Shown one piece after another: positions 27,943 through 35,892 of a stretch of DNA of 64,000 nucleotides (positions within the stretch are counted from its first letter, which is position 1; every line of letters starts with the position of its first letter). The notes under the pieces are model-generated. The model searched no databases. It saw only the letters and a list, made by a program, of their open reading frames with translations, and was not told the DNA's origin. Made by a program: the position numbers and the translations under genes. Source of the stretch: a virus (taxonomy: Duplodnaviria > Heunggongvirae > Uroviricota > Caudoviricetes); the IMG/VR virus record IMGVR_UViG_2657245091_000008; one strand, 5' to 3'.

Positions 27943-29049
27943 TCACTCAATGATTTTTTCTGCTGTCAGCCAGCTAATTTCTTGCCTGTCTTTCGGCGGT
28001 TTTAGCATGTGGGCGTATTCAGCAACATTCTCCCACGGAATTGTTTTTGCCCACTCAACGATAGCATTGTGATCTGCAGTGAAGAGTGGAATGGTGTGCG
28101 ATTTCAACCACTCCAATGTTGTAACGCCATGTTTTTTGGCGTGGTGCTGTGCATGATGCCGGGCTATCACTCGTAATGGCATTATCCATTCACTACCATC
28201 AGGCATCGAAAAGCGCATTGTCTTCGGCATATCTGATTCAAGAACAGCCTCCCTAATACCAGGAAACTCACCAAGAACCATACGACGGTAGTAATCGCTG
28301 TTTTTACCACCATATATTTCTGCAATGTTATCAAGATAACCTTGAGAAATAATGGGGGTATCTTCTGCGTTCAGCTTGATGGCTGTATAAATACCACATG
28401 GATTTTCTTCTGATTTAGCACGACCATGATGGGAATCGTAAAAGTGTCCATGCTCCTCCTCTGAAGGAGCGGACATTAAAAGTATACGTGAATCGTCACT
28501 TACTAACGATGCTCTTAACATGCTGAATAGCCGATCGCCAGCAAGAGCCGCCTCCGTAACAATGATTAAAAGATGTTCAGCATAATATCCACCGAAACCT
28601 TCCTCATAATTTCGGTGATATGGCTTAATTTCGCAGCCCCAATATTCCCGGTAACGATGATTGATGCCGTTTCCATCGACTTTAAAATATTCTCCCAGCA
28701 ATGGGATTCTGTTACTGACTCTATCCCAATACGTACTTATGTATTGGATAACTTGCCTGCGACAATTATAGAACTTTGGGGAAACAATAACCGTTTTAGA
28801 CTCAGGCATCAGGATTGTATAAAGAATACTAATTATAGCGATAACCGTCTTTTGGCCTATCCCTTCAGGAGTGGTGACGCTGACTGCTGAACCTTTTTGT
28901 TGAATCGCCTCAACAATTAGCTTTTGCTGGTGGGTTAACTTAACACCCATCAACTCTTCTGCTGCTAATGCCCAGTCATGGCTATATTTGCTTACCAGCT
29001 CTCTCCACTCTGGTAATTCGGTGATGTTTTTAGGCGTCAGCATCAGCAT
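27943..29049 (-). CDS. Terminase-large-subunit (PacB) ATPase-domain paralog, degenerate, no nuclease domain
   Basis: Aligns with the PacB ATPase domain encoded at 34384-35892 (HQQKLIVEAIQQKGS...; FYDSHHGRAKSEENPCGIYTAI vs FYDSHHSQAKTPDNPKGIWTAI); Walker A becomes EGIGQKT, Walker B LDE becomes VTE; 368 aa vs 502 aa. Confidence 0.6.
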   Translation of the reverse strand: MLMLTPKNITELPEWRELVSKYSHDWALAAEELMGVKLTHQQKLIVEAIQQKGSAVSVTTPEGIGQKTVIAIISILYTILMPESKTVIVSPKFYNCRRQVIQYISTYWDRVSNRIPLLGEYFKVDGNGINHRYREYWGCEIKPYHRNYEEGFGGYYAEHLLIIVTEAALAGDRLFSMLRASLVSDDSRILLMSAPSEEEHGHFYDSHHGRAKSEENPCGIYTAIKLNAEDTPIISQGYLDNIAEIYGGKNSDYYRRMVLGEFPGIREAVLESDMPKTMRFSMPDGSEWIMPLRVIARHHAQHHAKKHGVTTLEWLKSHTIPLFTADHNAIVEWAKTIPWENVAEYAHMLKPPKDRQEISWLTAEKIIE

Positions 29050-29836
29050 CCTCCGCTACCTCTGCCTCCACATCTGCCGCGACTTCATCGGACTGTTCTT
29101 CTTTGGCCTGTTCTGCAATCGCCGCACGGCATTTGGCCCTTGCTGTGGCGATTGCTTCAGCACGCACATCATCAGGAATCGTTGACGTGATATACATATC
29201 CAGTTCTTCGGCGCGGAACACTGTTTGGTCCAGATATTCGCGTAGCATCCAGGTAAATTCGAAATCACACGCGATAATCTCTGCGCTACCTTCTGCACCA
29301 TTTGGGAAATGAATAAATGCCTGTTTAGCCAAACCGATAACACGACATGCGGTTGCCAAAACAGCGACAACCAGATTTACATTTTCACACGCTACGGGCT
29401 GATTAACGCCGGAGATTACTCCATTTAACTGTCGGTTATATGGAAGGTAGTTTGAGATGCGTTCTACGCGCCATGTGCCAGTCAGGCTGCCATTTTTAAA
29501 GATAATTGGTGTAACGGATAGCCCAAGCTCGCGTATAAGTCGTTGCGCTATAGCAGGATCATTAAACAGGTCTAATGCTACACATTCGAAAGACTGCGCA
29601 AGGGCAAACAGTTCTTCCAGAGAGTAGTCTTTGCCCCTGGCGGTGATGTAACGACGAACGCCGCTGTCTGCATCACTCCATATAGCTACGCCATGCTCTT
29701 CATTCAGTTCTTCATTAAAGCCGAGATACGTCATGATAGTGCGTTCAATCGTGTCAAACGGCAGTGACATGTCGGCGTTAACAGCCACCAGCAGGCCATT
29801 ACGCAAGCGGTATTGAATTGTTTTGGTGCTTTCCAT
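29030..29836 (-). CDS. Hypothetical protein with acidic C-terminal tail
   Basis: 268-aa ORF in same operon; C-terminal Asp/Glu/Ala-rich tail. Confidence 0.5.
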   Translation of the reverse strand: MESTKTIQYRLRNGLLVAVNADMSLPFDTIERTIMTYLGFNEELNEEHGVAIWSDADSGVRRYITARGKDYSLEELFALAQSFECVALDLFNDPAIAQRLIRELGLSVTPIIFKNGSLTGTWRVERISNYLPYNRQLNGVISGVNQPVACENVNLVVAVLATACRVIGLAKQAFIHFPNGAEGSAEIIACDFEFTWMLREYLDQTVFRAEELDMYITSTIPDDVRAEAIATARAKCRAAIAEQAKEEQSDEVAADVEAEVAEDADADA

Positions 29837-29842
29837 GTCAAA

Positions 29843-30499
29843 TTACTCCACTACAAACCAGTCACATGCCAGTAAATCAGCAACAGACGGCAACCAAACG
29901 TTGTCTATATTTTGCGCATCCTTCAATACAAAATGGTCGCCATAAGGAACCTGAATGTCGTGGAAATTGACGCACCCAGCTAGAACTAACCAGCAGCATT
30001 GCTTTTCGCCTTTCCACCCGCGTCGAGATACCTTTCTTCCTTCTTTCAACCACGTCAGCGCGACAGAAAAGTCGGCTGCTTCAAGGTCGATTTCTTCTTG
30101 TTGGGTAGTGATACCACCAGCAGAAATAGTTACGTCCCTGGCTGTAATGAATGTCACCCCATTGTGACCTTCAATCCTGAGCGATACCCCATTTTCGAAG
30201 ATGTCGTTAGTTCGACTAAAGCCATCTTTAAATTTCTTTTCTGATAAACAGGACAGATGACCTTCTTCATCAACGACAAGATAGCCGCCAACTTGTGGTA
30301 GGTGTTTTTGCAAAAACATTGCATCAACATAGATTCTTACTCCTTTGGGTTCTGTGACCTCGATTTCACCACAATTAGGCATCACAGGAGTAATACCACC
30401 GATGTATTTGATATTCTTGATTTTCGATGCACTAACGTTTTTGTGAGCTTTGTATTTGGGAAGGAACTTAAAAAGCTCTTTCGTTGCCATGTTATTCAT
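29843..30499 (-). CDS. Hypothetical protein with C-terminal DUF2829 (Tad2-like) domain
   Basis: C-terminus ALTWLKEGRKVSRRGWKGEK...VWLPSVADLLACDWFVVE fits the DUF2829 pattern as I recall it. Confidence 0.5.
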   Translation of the reverse strand: MNNMATKELFKFLPKYKAHKNVSASKIKNIKYIGGITPVMPNCGEIEVTEPKGVRIYVDAMFLQKHLPQVGGYLVVDEEGHLSCLSEKKFKDGFSRTNDIFENGVSLRIEGHNGVTFITARDVTISAGGITTQQEEIDLEAADFSVALTWLKEGRKVSRRGWKGEKQCCWLVLAGCVNFHDIQVPYGDHFVLKDAQNIDNVWLPSVADLLACDWFVVE

Positions 30500-30513
30500 A
30501 GTCTTTTCTCTGC

Positions 30514-31008
30514 TTATAACTTTTCGTACTGAAGCGGTGAACGCTTAATTTCAAAGTGGCCTTCCGATGTGCTACCAAAGCCACCAGCACCACGTTCCGT
30601 TTCGTTGAGTTCCTCAACCTCGACTAGTGAGACTTGTTCAACACGCTCAAAAATGCCTTGCATGACAGCCATTCCAGGCTTGAGACAAACGCCTTCCCCG
30701 CCGGGATCAGTAATCAGTTTTGCCATGATTTCACCGCGATAATCGGAGTCGATAATTCCTACGCAGTTAGCCAGGCGAGTATGTTTTTTGCAGCCCAATC
30801 CGGATCGCGGATAGAGTTTCAGACACCAGCCGGGCGGGATCTCCATAGCCAGTCCGGTATACACCCACCAGCTTGAGGAAATTGCACCATTGCTATCGAC
30901 GCATGGTTTTATTTCAACAGCCTCAAAATCCATCGCCGCCGATCCGGAGGTGGCATAAGCTGGAAGTTTTGCTGCCGGATGTAGGCGTTTCACTTTTACG
31001 TAAATCAT
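30514..31008 (-). CDS. dut: dUTP diphosphatase (trimeric dUTPase)
   Basis: dUTPase motifs: GSAAMD, PRSG, GIIDSDYRGEI, RGAGGFGST. Confidence 0.8.
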   Translation of the reverse strand: MIYVKVKRLHPAAKLPAYATSGSAAMDFEAVEIKPCVDSNGAISSSWWVYTGLAMEIPPGWCLKLYPRSGLGCKKHTRLANCVGIIDSDYRGEIMAKLITDPGGEGVCLKPGMAVMQGIFERVEQVSLVEVEELNETERGAGGFGSTSEGHFEIKRSPLQYEKL

Positions 31009-31481
31009 TGTTTTTTAGCTCTCTGCGTGAAGGTGTAAACCCGACGTTTGATATGTGGAACGGTAGGAACAGGAAGACAGGAACTTTCAATAACTCCTTG
31101 CTCCTCCAGCGATCGCACCGCCCGCAAGAACTGCGACGTGTCGCCGCCAAACTGGCGGGCATAGGTGCTGCCGTTATGAAGTATTTGAGCTATTACCCGA
31201 GCTTTTGTCTGGCTGACACGATATGCGAATAGCCGCACGGCCTCTTCTGGCGCAATCGCTAACTGATAGCCTTTCCCGGCACGGTGTCGAATGAATCCAT
31301 GCGCCAGTAGGTTTTTGAGTTCGTTACGAGTGCGAACAGATCCGTAATCCAGGAAGTGTGGATTGATAACGACTGGCTTAAACCATTCCGTAGGTGCTTT
31401 AGCTAATAGAGCTAACAGCTTCCCGGATAATTCTGGATAGGAAGACGGGTAACAATTCAGAGATGGGTAATAAGTTTTCAC
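31005..31481 (-). CDS. Hypothetical protein
   Basis: 158-aa ORF, overlapping stop/start in operon. Confidence 0.5.
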   Translation of the reverse strand: MKTYYPSLNCYPSSYPELSGKLLALLAKAPTEWFKPVVINPHFLDYGSVRTRNELKNLLAHGFIRHRAGKGYQLAIAPEEAVRLFAYRVSQTKARVIAQILHNGSTYARQFGGDTSQFLRAVRSLEEQGVIESSCLPVPTVPHIKRRVYTFTQRAKKQ

Positions 31482-31822
31482 CGACGCCCCCTTGCAGGAT
31501 ATCGACCTGCATTAGTATCCGGTGCAATAAAGCCGGTAGTGGGGCGAGTGAAAGCGAGATTAATCTTCTCGACCATAGTGCGATAATTTTCCTGATAGTG
31601 GGCCAGGAGTTTTTCGGCGGCAATGATGGTTACTTTCCGGACGTAGCTTTCTGCTTCCTCCAGATTTCGCCAGTTTTTTTCGAGGGTAAACACAGGGACG
31701 GCCTCAAGCCCGGTCATGATGCCGAACACAACGACAGCATGACTGTTCTTAACACCAGCGGCGAAGGTTACGGTGTAACCATCCACCTTGAAGCGTCTTG
31801 ATTCCGTGATTTGACTCTGCAA
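31478..31822 (-). CDS. Hypothetical protein (first gene of operon)
   Basis: 114-aa ORF; operator-like motif about 55 bp upstream. Confidence 0.5.
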   Translation of the reverse strand: MQSQITESRRFKVDGYTVTFAAGVKNSHAVVVFGIMTGLEAVPVFTLEKNWRNLEEAESYVRKVTIIAAEKLLAHYQENYRTMVEKINLAFTRPTTGFIAPDTNAGRYPARGRR

Positions 31823-31876
31823 AGCACCCTCCTAAATAGGCGAGGGTACTTTACAGCAAAGGCGTTAATCTAAAAA

Positions 31877-31897
31877 GATGTGTTAGAAATTTAATTT
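31877..31897. promoter_or_regulatory. Operator-like motif upstream of the 31822-to-27943 operon
   Basis: GATGTGTTAGAAATTTAATTT. Confidence 0.45.
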
Positions 31898-32924
31898 ACG
31901 AATCCATCAGGCGGCTATTAGCCCCCACAGACACGCCGCCACGGCGAAGATACCGCATAAGTGTTTCCGGTTTCTTCCAGGTTCCTTCCTGCATGATCTC
32001 CACCATAGACACCTGCTTTTCAGCCATATCAATAGCGGCCCCGACGCGTGCACTATGCCCGGTCCACGTCCGGTATCTTCCTTTGTTTGGCGTAGCATCT
32101 CTTTTATTCAGCAACACCCAGGCGTCGCTGAATATTTTCTCCATTGCAGGTGCAGTAAGGGGTGTTGTCGTGATCCTGGCCTTATTGCTACGGTGTATCG
32201 GCGGGAACAGCACTGCGTCAGGATGTTCGCGAAGCCCGGAAACATCCAGCCAGTCATTCAGCACAGCGGTAGTGCGACGGGAAAGCACCTTATCAAGCCC
32301 GGCGGCGGTCGTTATTGTCTTCGTGTGTGAAATATGTAGCGTGACAGTGTCACCTGTTTGATCCAGATCTCCTACACGAATACGCGAGATTTCCGACATA
32401 CGCATCAGCGTATTGTATGCAACAAAGAGAAAAGCCCGGTTGCGCAGGTCCACCAGCCGTTCTGACCTGGACAACAGGACGTCGAGCAGTTTCAGATCGT
32501 CCCACCGAAGCGGTATAGCCTGGCCTGTTCGTTCGCCTTTTTCAGTTGCCGCTTCGCGCCGGATGCGCCGCATAGCCAGAGAAACACTTTTATCATCCGA
32601 AAGTGGCGGAAGACCACAATGCGAAAGCAGCATGTTCAGCATGGCGTAGTGCTTATCAATGGTGGTCGAAGCCAGATCGGCATCATGCAGCTGAAGAAAA
32701 TACTCGCGGGCCATTTCTGGTGAGATCGGAAACCAGGCAAGCTGGCGAGCGTGACACCAGCGCGCCCAGGAATGAAACACCAACCGGAGGTCGCGCAGAG
32801 TATTCGGCGCATAAGCCCCCTGGTCATTCATGAACCGCATAAAGTTTTCTGCGGCTTCCTGGTACTCTTTGCCAATGTTGCGCAGAAAACCACCGGAACT
32901 GCCAGAGATAATTAATTCACTCAT
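31896..32924 (-). CDS. cre: Cre-like tyrosine site-specific recombinase
   Basis: Collinear similarity to P1 Cre (SWARWCHARQLAWFPISPE, VSLAMRRIRRE, AYNTLMRMSEISRIRVGDL, WTGHSARVGAAIDMA); R-H-R-Y-type catalytic residues present; divergent, not identical. Confidence 0.85.
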   Translation of the reverse strand: MSELIISGSSGGFLRNIGKEYQEAAENFMRFMNDQGAYAPNTLRDLRLVFHSWARWCHARQLAWFPISPEMAREYFLQLHDADLASTTIDKHYAMLNMLLSHCGLPPLSDDKSVSLAMRRIRREAATEKGERTGQAIPLRWDDLKLLDVLLSRSERLVDLRNRAFLFVAYNTLMRMSEISRIRVGDLDQTGDTVTLHISHTKTITTAAGLDKVLSRRTTAVLNDWLDVSGLREHPDAVLFPPIHRSNKARITTTPLTAPAMEKIFSDAWVLLNKRDATPNKGRYRTWTGHSARVGAAIDMAEKQVSMVEIMQEGTWKKPETLMRYLRRGGVSVGANSRLMDS

Positions 32925-33076
32925 GAAACTATTTGACCTCTATATACAGATGACGCTACGCGAAAAATATAAAAATGACAGGGTAGCTATAAGTTAATTT
33001 TCAAAATACAAGCCTTTGATTCGAGGCACGTATTTTCAGTGATGTCAACACTGTTCATCTACACATGATTATAGCC

Positions 33077-33108
33077 TAACTTTAAATAATGCCAATTATT
33101 TAAAGTTA
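33077..33108. other. lox-like recombination site candidate
   Basis: TAACTTTAAATAAT-GCCA-ATTATTTAAAGTTA, perfect 14-bp inverted arms (or 12-bp arms with 8-bp spacer ATGCCAAT); arms share TAACTT and ATA with loxP arm ATAACTTCGTATA; about 150 bp upstream of cre-like start. Confidence 0.5.
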
Positions 33109-33285
33109 CAGAATGGCGATTTTTTTTAATCCATCATAGATTGATTTTGACCAGTAACACGTTGCCTTCATGGTCTTTAATTTGCGAAGTGTGGTTTATA
33201 CAGTTGGTTTTCTAAAATTGATGACAAAAAATCACAGTTCGATCCTTTACTCACTCTGTTATTCGACATAAATTTGTCATAGTAA

Positions 33286-33307
33286 TTTTATGTTAGAAAA
33301 CTAAATC
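33286..33307. promoter_or_regulatory. Operator-like motif upstream of 33319 gene
   Basis: TTTTATGTTAGAAAACTAAATC. Confidence 0.45.
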
Positions 33308-33318
33308 GAGTAGGAATA

Positions 33319-34356
33319 ATGAGTAAGAAGTCGATCGAGAAAGAGTACAAACGGTTCCTGCAAACCGCTGAACGGTGGAAAGAGCTGGTGGTCGCAAACT
33401 CTGTTTTCCATGATACCAGTTATGCTGGCGAGGAATTCCGCCATGTTGCATTAACGCATGACCAAAACATATTAGAAGAAGCTGAAAAATGTCTTGCTGA
33501 ATGGAAAGCCTTCGTTGACATGTGCCGCGATGCCGACGGCAAAGCGTCGAACATTGTTGAGTCTGTATATTCTCCGATCCCATTCATCATTGAGGACACC
33601 AATCAAAGCACGCATGTTGTTGTGCAAAGCGCTACAACAACACGTACATTTACACGTGAACAATTGCTCAAAAAATACGACAAAATCATAAAGAAAAGCC
33701 TGAAAAATAGGGTTTTTTCTCAAATTGTAGGTGCTCTTGAAGAAGAACAGCGCTTCTTTGAAGCTGAGCCTGAAGGCGAGATCTACCGGGCGCGTAAAGA
33801 GGCATATACAGATGTTGTGCTGACAACAAACATCGAAGGCAGCAATGCCCTTTCTCGCTTTAGAGTTGGCGCACATGGCGCATTGGTTTTCGCAAGACTA
33901 CCGAAGACAACGATCCCCGTTGTCAATAATGTTGGTGAACGCCGGAGCATTACAATTTATTCAGGCGTCGAATCGGTACCTTGCAGCCTTCTCGGCGATT
34001 TTAACTTATATCGTGTTCGTGACCTGGAAAAACACCAGCCAAGCTACGTTGCGAAGTCGTACATCTTAAGGAACATCGATATTCGCAATGAAAGCCTTAA
34101 GCAGAAATCCGCTAAGATGCTGGAGGATGCCGATCCGGCTATTCGCCATATCATTGAGCGTAAGATACGTACATCACGTGAAGCAATGGCAAGGCTGGAT
34201 AAAATGGATCTGGAATTGTTAGACGTAATGATGGCCTCTGGAGACGACCTGACCGGCATTAAACTGAATGAAGCTCGTAAAAAATACGGCAAAGCAATCG
34301 AAGAACGTTACGGATACACATTCCCCCAAACGCAGTACGCCGCGAAGCTCTGGTAA
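33319..34356 (+). CDS. Hypothetical protein occupying the c1-like position (convergent with pacB)
   Basis: 345-aa ORF; operator-like motif overlaps its promoter region; no HTH recognised. Confidence 0.5.
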   Translation: MSKKSIEKEYKRFLQTAERWKELVVANSVFHDTSYAGEEFRHVALTHDQNILEEAEKCLAEWKAFVDMCRDADGKASNIVESVYSPIPFIIEDTNQSTHVVVQSATTTRTFTREQLLKKYDKIIKKSLKNRVFSQIVGALEEEQRFFEAEPEGEIYRARKEAYTDVVLTTNIEGSNALSRFRVGAHGALVFARLPKTTIPVVNNVGERRSITIYSGVESVPCSLLGDFNLYRVRDLEKHQPSYVAKSYILRNIDIRNESLKQKSAKMLEDADPAIRHIIERKIRTSREAMARLDKMDLELLDVMMASGDDLTGIKLNEARKKYGKAIEERYGYTFPQTQYAAKLW

Positions 34357-34364
34357 TCACAACC

Positions 34365-34390
34365 GGCCCCGCATCGCGGGGCTTTATATA
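34365..34390 (+). terminator. Intrinsic terminator after 33319-34356
   Basis: GGCCCCGC-ATC-GCGGGGC followed by TTTATATAT. Confidence 0.5.
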
Positions 34391-35892
34391 TCCAGATCTG
34401 GCATTTCGATATCCGCCAGAACCTGATCTCGGAAAGTTGCCATTTCGGCACCAATATCTTCATTAGCAGGCACATAGTCCACCAGCATAGTGAAGCAGTA
34501 GGTATCCCATCGGTCAGGCGATTTGATGTTTAGCTTTTGCCGCATGTGCTCTTTGCGCATCATCGCCATTTTCCCTTCCTCATTCAGTAAAAAGGGGATT
34601 TTTGACGCTTGCTCTGCCGTTTTAGGGTCACTGTCTATCCGCATACGCCCTGACTTTATGGCATCACGCGCCATAATATTTGCGTAGGCACGCTGATTAA
34701 CAAATCGCTCCCTGTCTTTGTTCGCAAACATGGGTTTTCCCCACCGAATACGTACCGGGTTCGCACCACGACGCACCAACTGCGCACACGTATCAGAACC
34801 AAAACCATCGGCATCAACCGCGATTGTTATATTCGGGTATTTTTCCGGCGTACATTCGTTATATATAAAGTCAGCAAAGGCCAATGGGTCCATAGTGCCA
34901 GGCATCTCCATTACCTTAAAGTTAACAACGCGCCGCTTATCCCTGTGACCAGATACCTTGCAGATGTTGAGGACCGACTTATCTCGCCCATTACCAACGT
35001 CAGCCGTTGCCACCCATCCCCAGTTTTTCTCCAACAACACCTTGCGGCGAGCAGCGCGATCGCATTCATCACGACCAAGCAAATAGCCGTTAATTTCTCG
35101 TGGGAACTGACCAAGCACCTTGACCATATACTCAATAGAATCGCGCCCACCATATTCCAGAAGCTTCTGCTTGATGAATTGTGGTGTGACGAACGGTGAT
35201 TCTTCCGAGTTAAGAACAATTGCTGTCCAGATCCCTTTCGGGTTGTCTGGGGTTTTTGCTTGAGAATGGTGCGAATCGTAGAAATAACCACTTGGCCTTG
35301 TTGGCTGGGATAGCATCAACATCCGGTTATCTTCTTCAGTAAGAGCACCGGTCATTACGCCGATCGCCTTATCAGATATACCAGATGCTTCATCCAGAAT
35401 TAGAAGCAAATGTGCCGCGTGTTCCCCCGCCAGCGCTTCTTCGTTGCCGAGTCGATAACCTTTGCAGAGAACTTCCCAAATCCCCTTACGGGAGCGCTCA
35501 TAAAACATGGTGTCAGAGAGGACAAAATAGGTCTGCAACCACCCATGACGCTTAACTGCATTCGCCCAATACTGTTTAACGTATTTGAATACGCCTGTTT
35601 TTACCTGGCCTATCTTGTTAGCAACAATGATGACACGGGCATCGGGGAACAGGATCATAAAAATCAACAGCAACATCGCGGTAAGGGACGACTTCCCCGT
35701 TCCGTGTCCGGACGTGACGGTCGTCCTACTCCCCGTTTCCTGCACTGACTGAATGATCTGCTGCTGCTGGTGGGAGGGGAACATCCCAAAAATATCGACA
35801 ACAGCCTGGGTAAAGTTGTAGCGGTATTTGATTACCATATCGCGCCAGCGTGGATCGCTGGTGACGCATTTAATCTTGCGCCCGCCAGCCAT
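34384..35892 (-). CDS. pacB: Terminase large subunit (PacB-like)
   Basis: 502 aa; Walker A VTSGHGTGKSS, Walker B LLLILDEAS, C-terminal acidic nuclease-like residues; directly follows pacA-like gene. Confidence 0.8.
   Translation of the reverse strand: MAGGRKIKCVTSDPRWRDMVIKYRYNFTQAVVDIFGMFPSHQQQQIIQSVQETGSRTTVTSGHGTGKSSLTAMLLLIFMILFPDARVIIVANKIGQVKTGVFKYVKQYWANAVKRHGWLQTYFVLSDTMFYERSRKGIWEVLCKGYRLGNEEALAGEHAAHLLLILDEASGISDKAIGVMTGALTEEDNRMLMLSQPTRPSGYFYDSHHSQAKTPDNPKGIWTAIVLNSEESPFVTPQFIKQKLLEYGGRDSIEYMVKVLGQFPREINGYLLGRDECDRAARRKVLLEKNWGWVATADVGNGRDKSVLNICKVSGHRDKRRVVNFKVMEMPGTMDPLAFADFIYNECTPEKYPNITIAVDADGFGSDTCAQLVRRGANPVRIRWGKPMFANKDRERFVNQRAYANIMARDAIKSGRMRIDSDPKTAEQASKIPFLLNEEGKMAMMRKEHMRQKLNIKSPDRWDTYCFTMLVDYVPANEDIGAEMATFRDQVLADIEMPDLDI

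Noticed and set aside
33319-34356. Possibility that this gene is a plasmid replication initiator (RepA-like)
   Set aside because: No iteron-like direct repeats were seen in the flanking intergenic regions and no recognisable Rep motifs; left as hypothetical.
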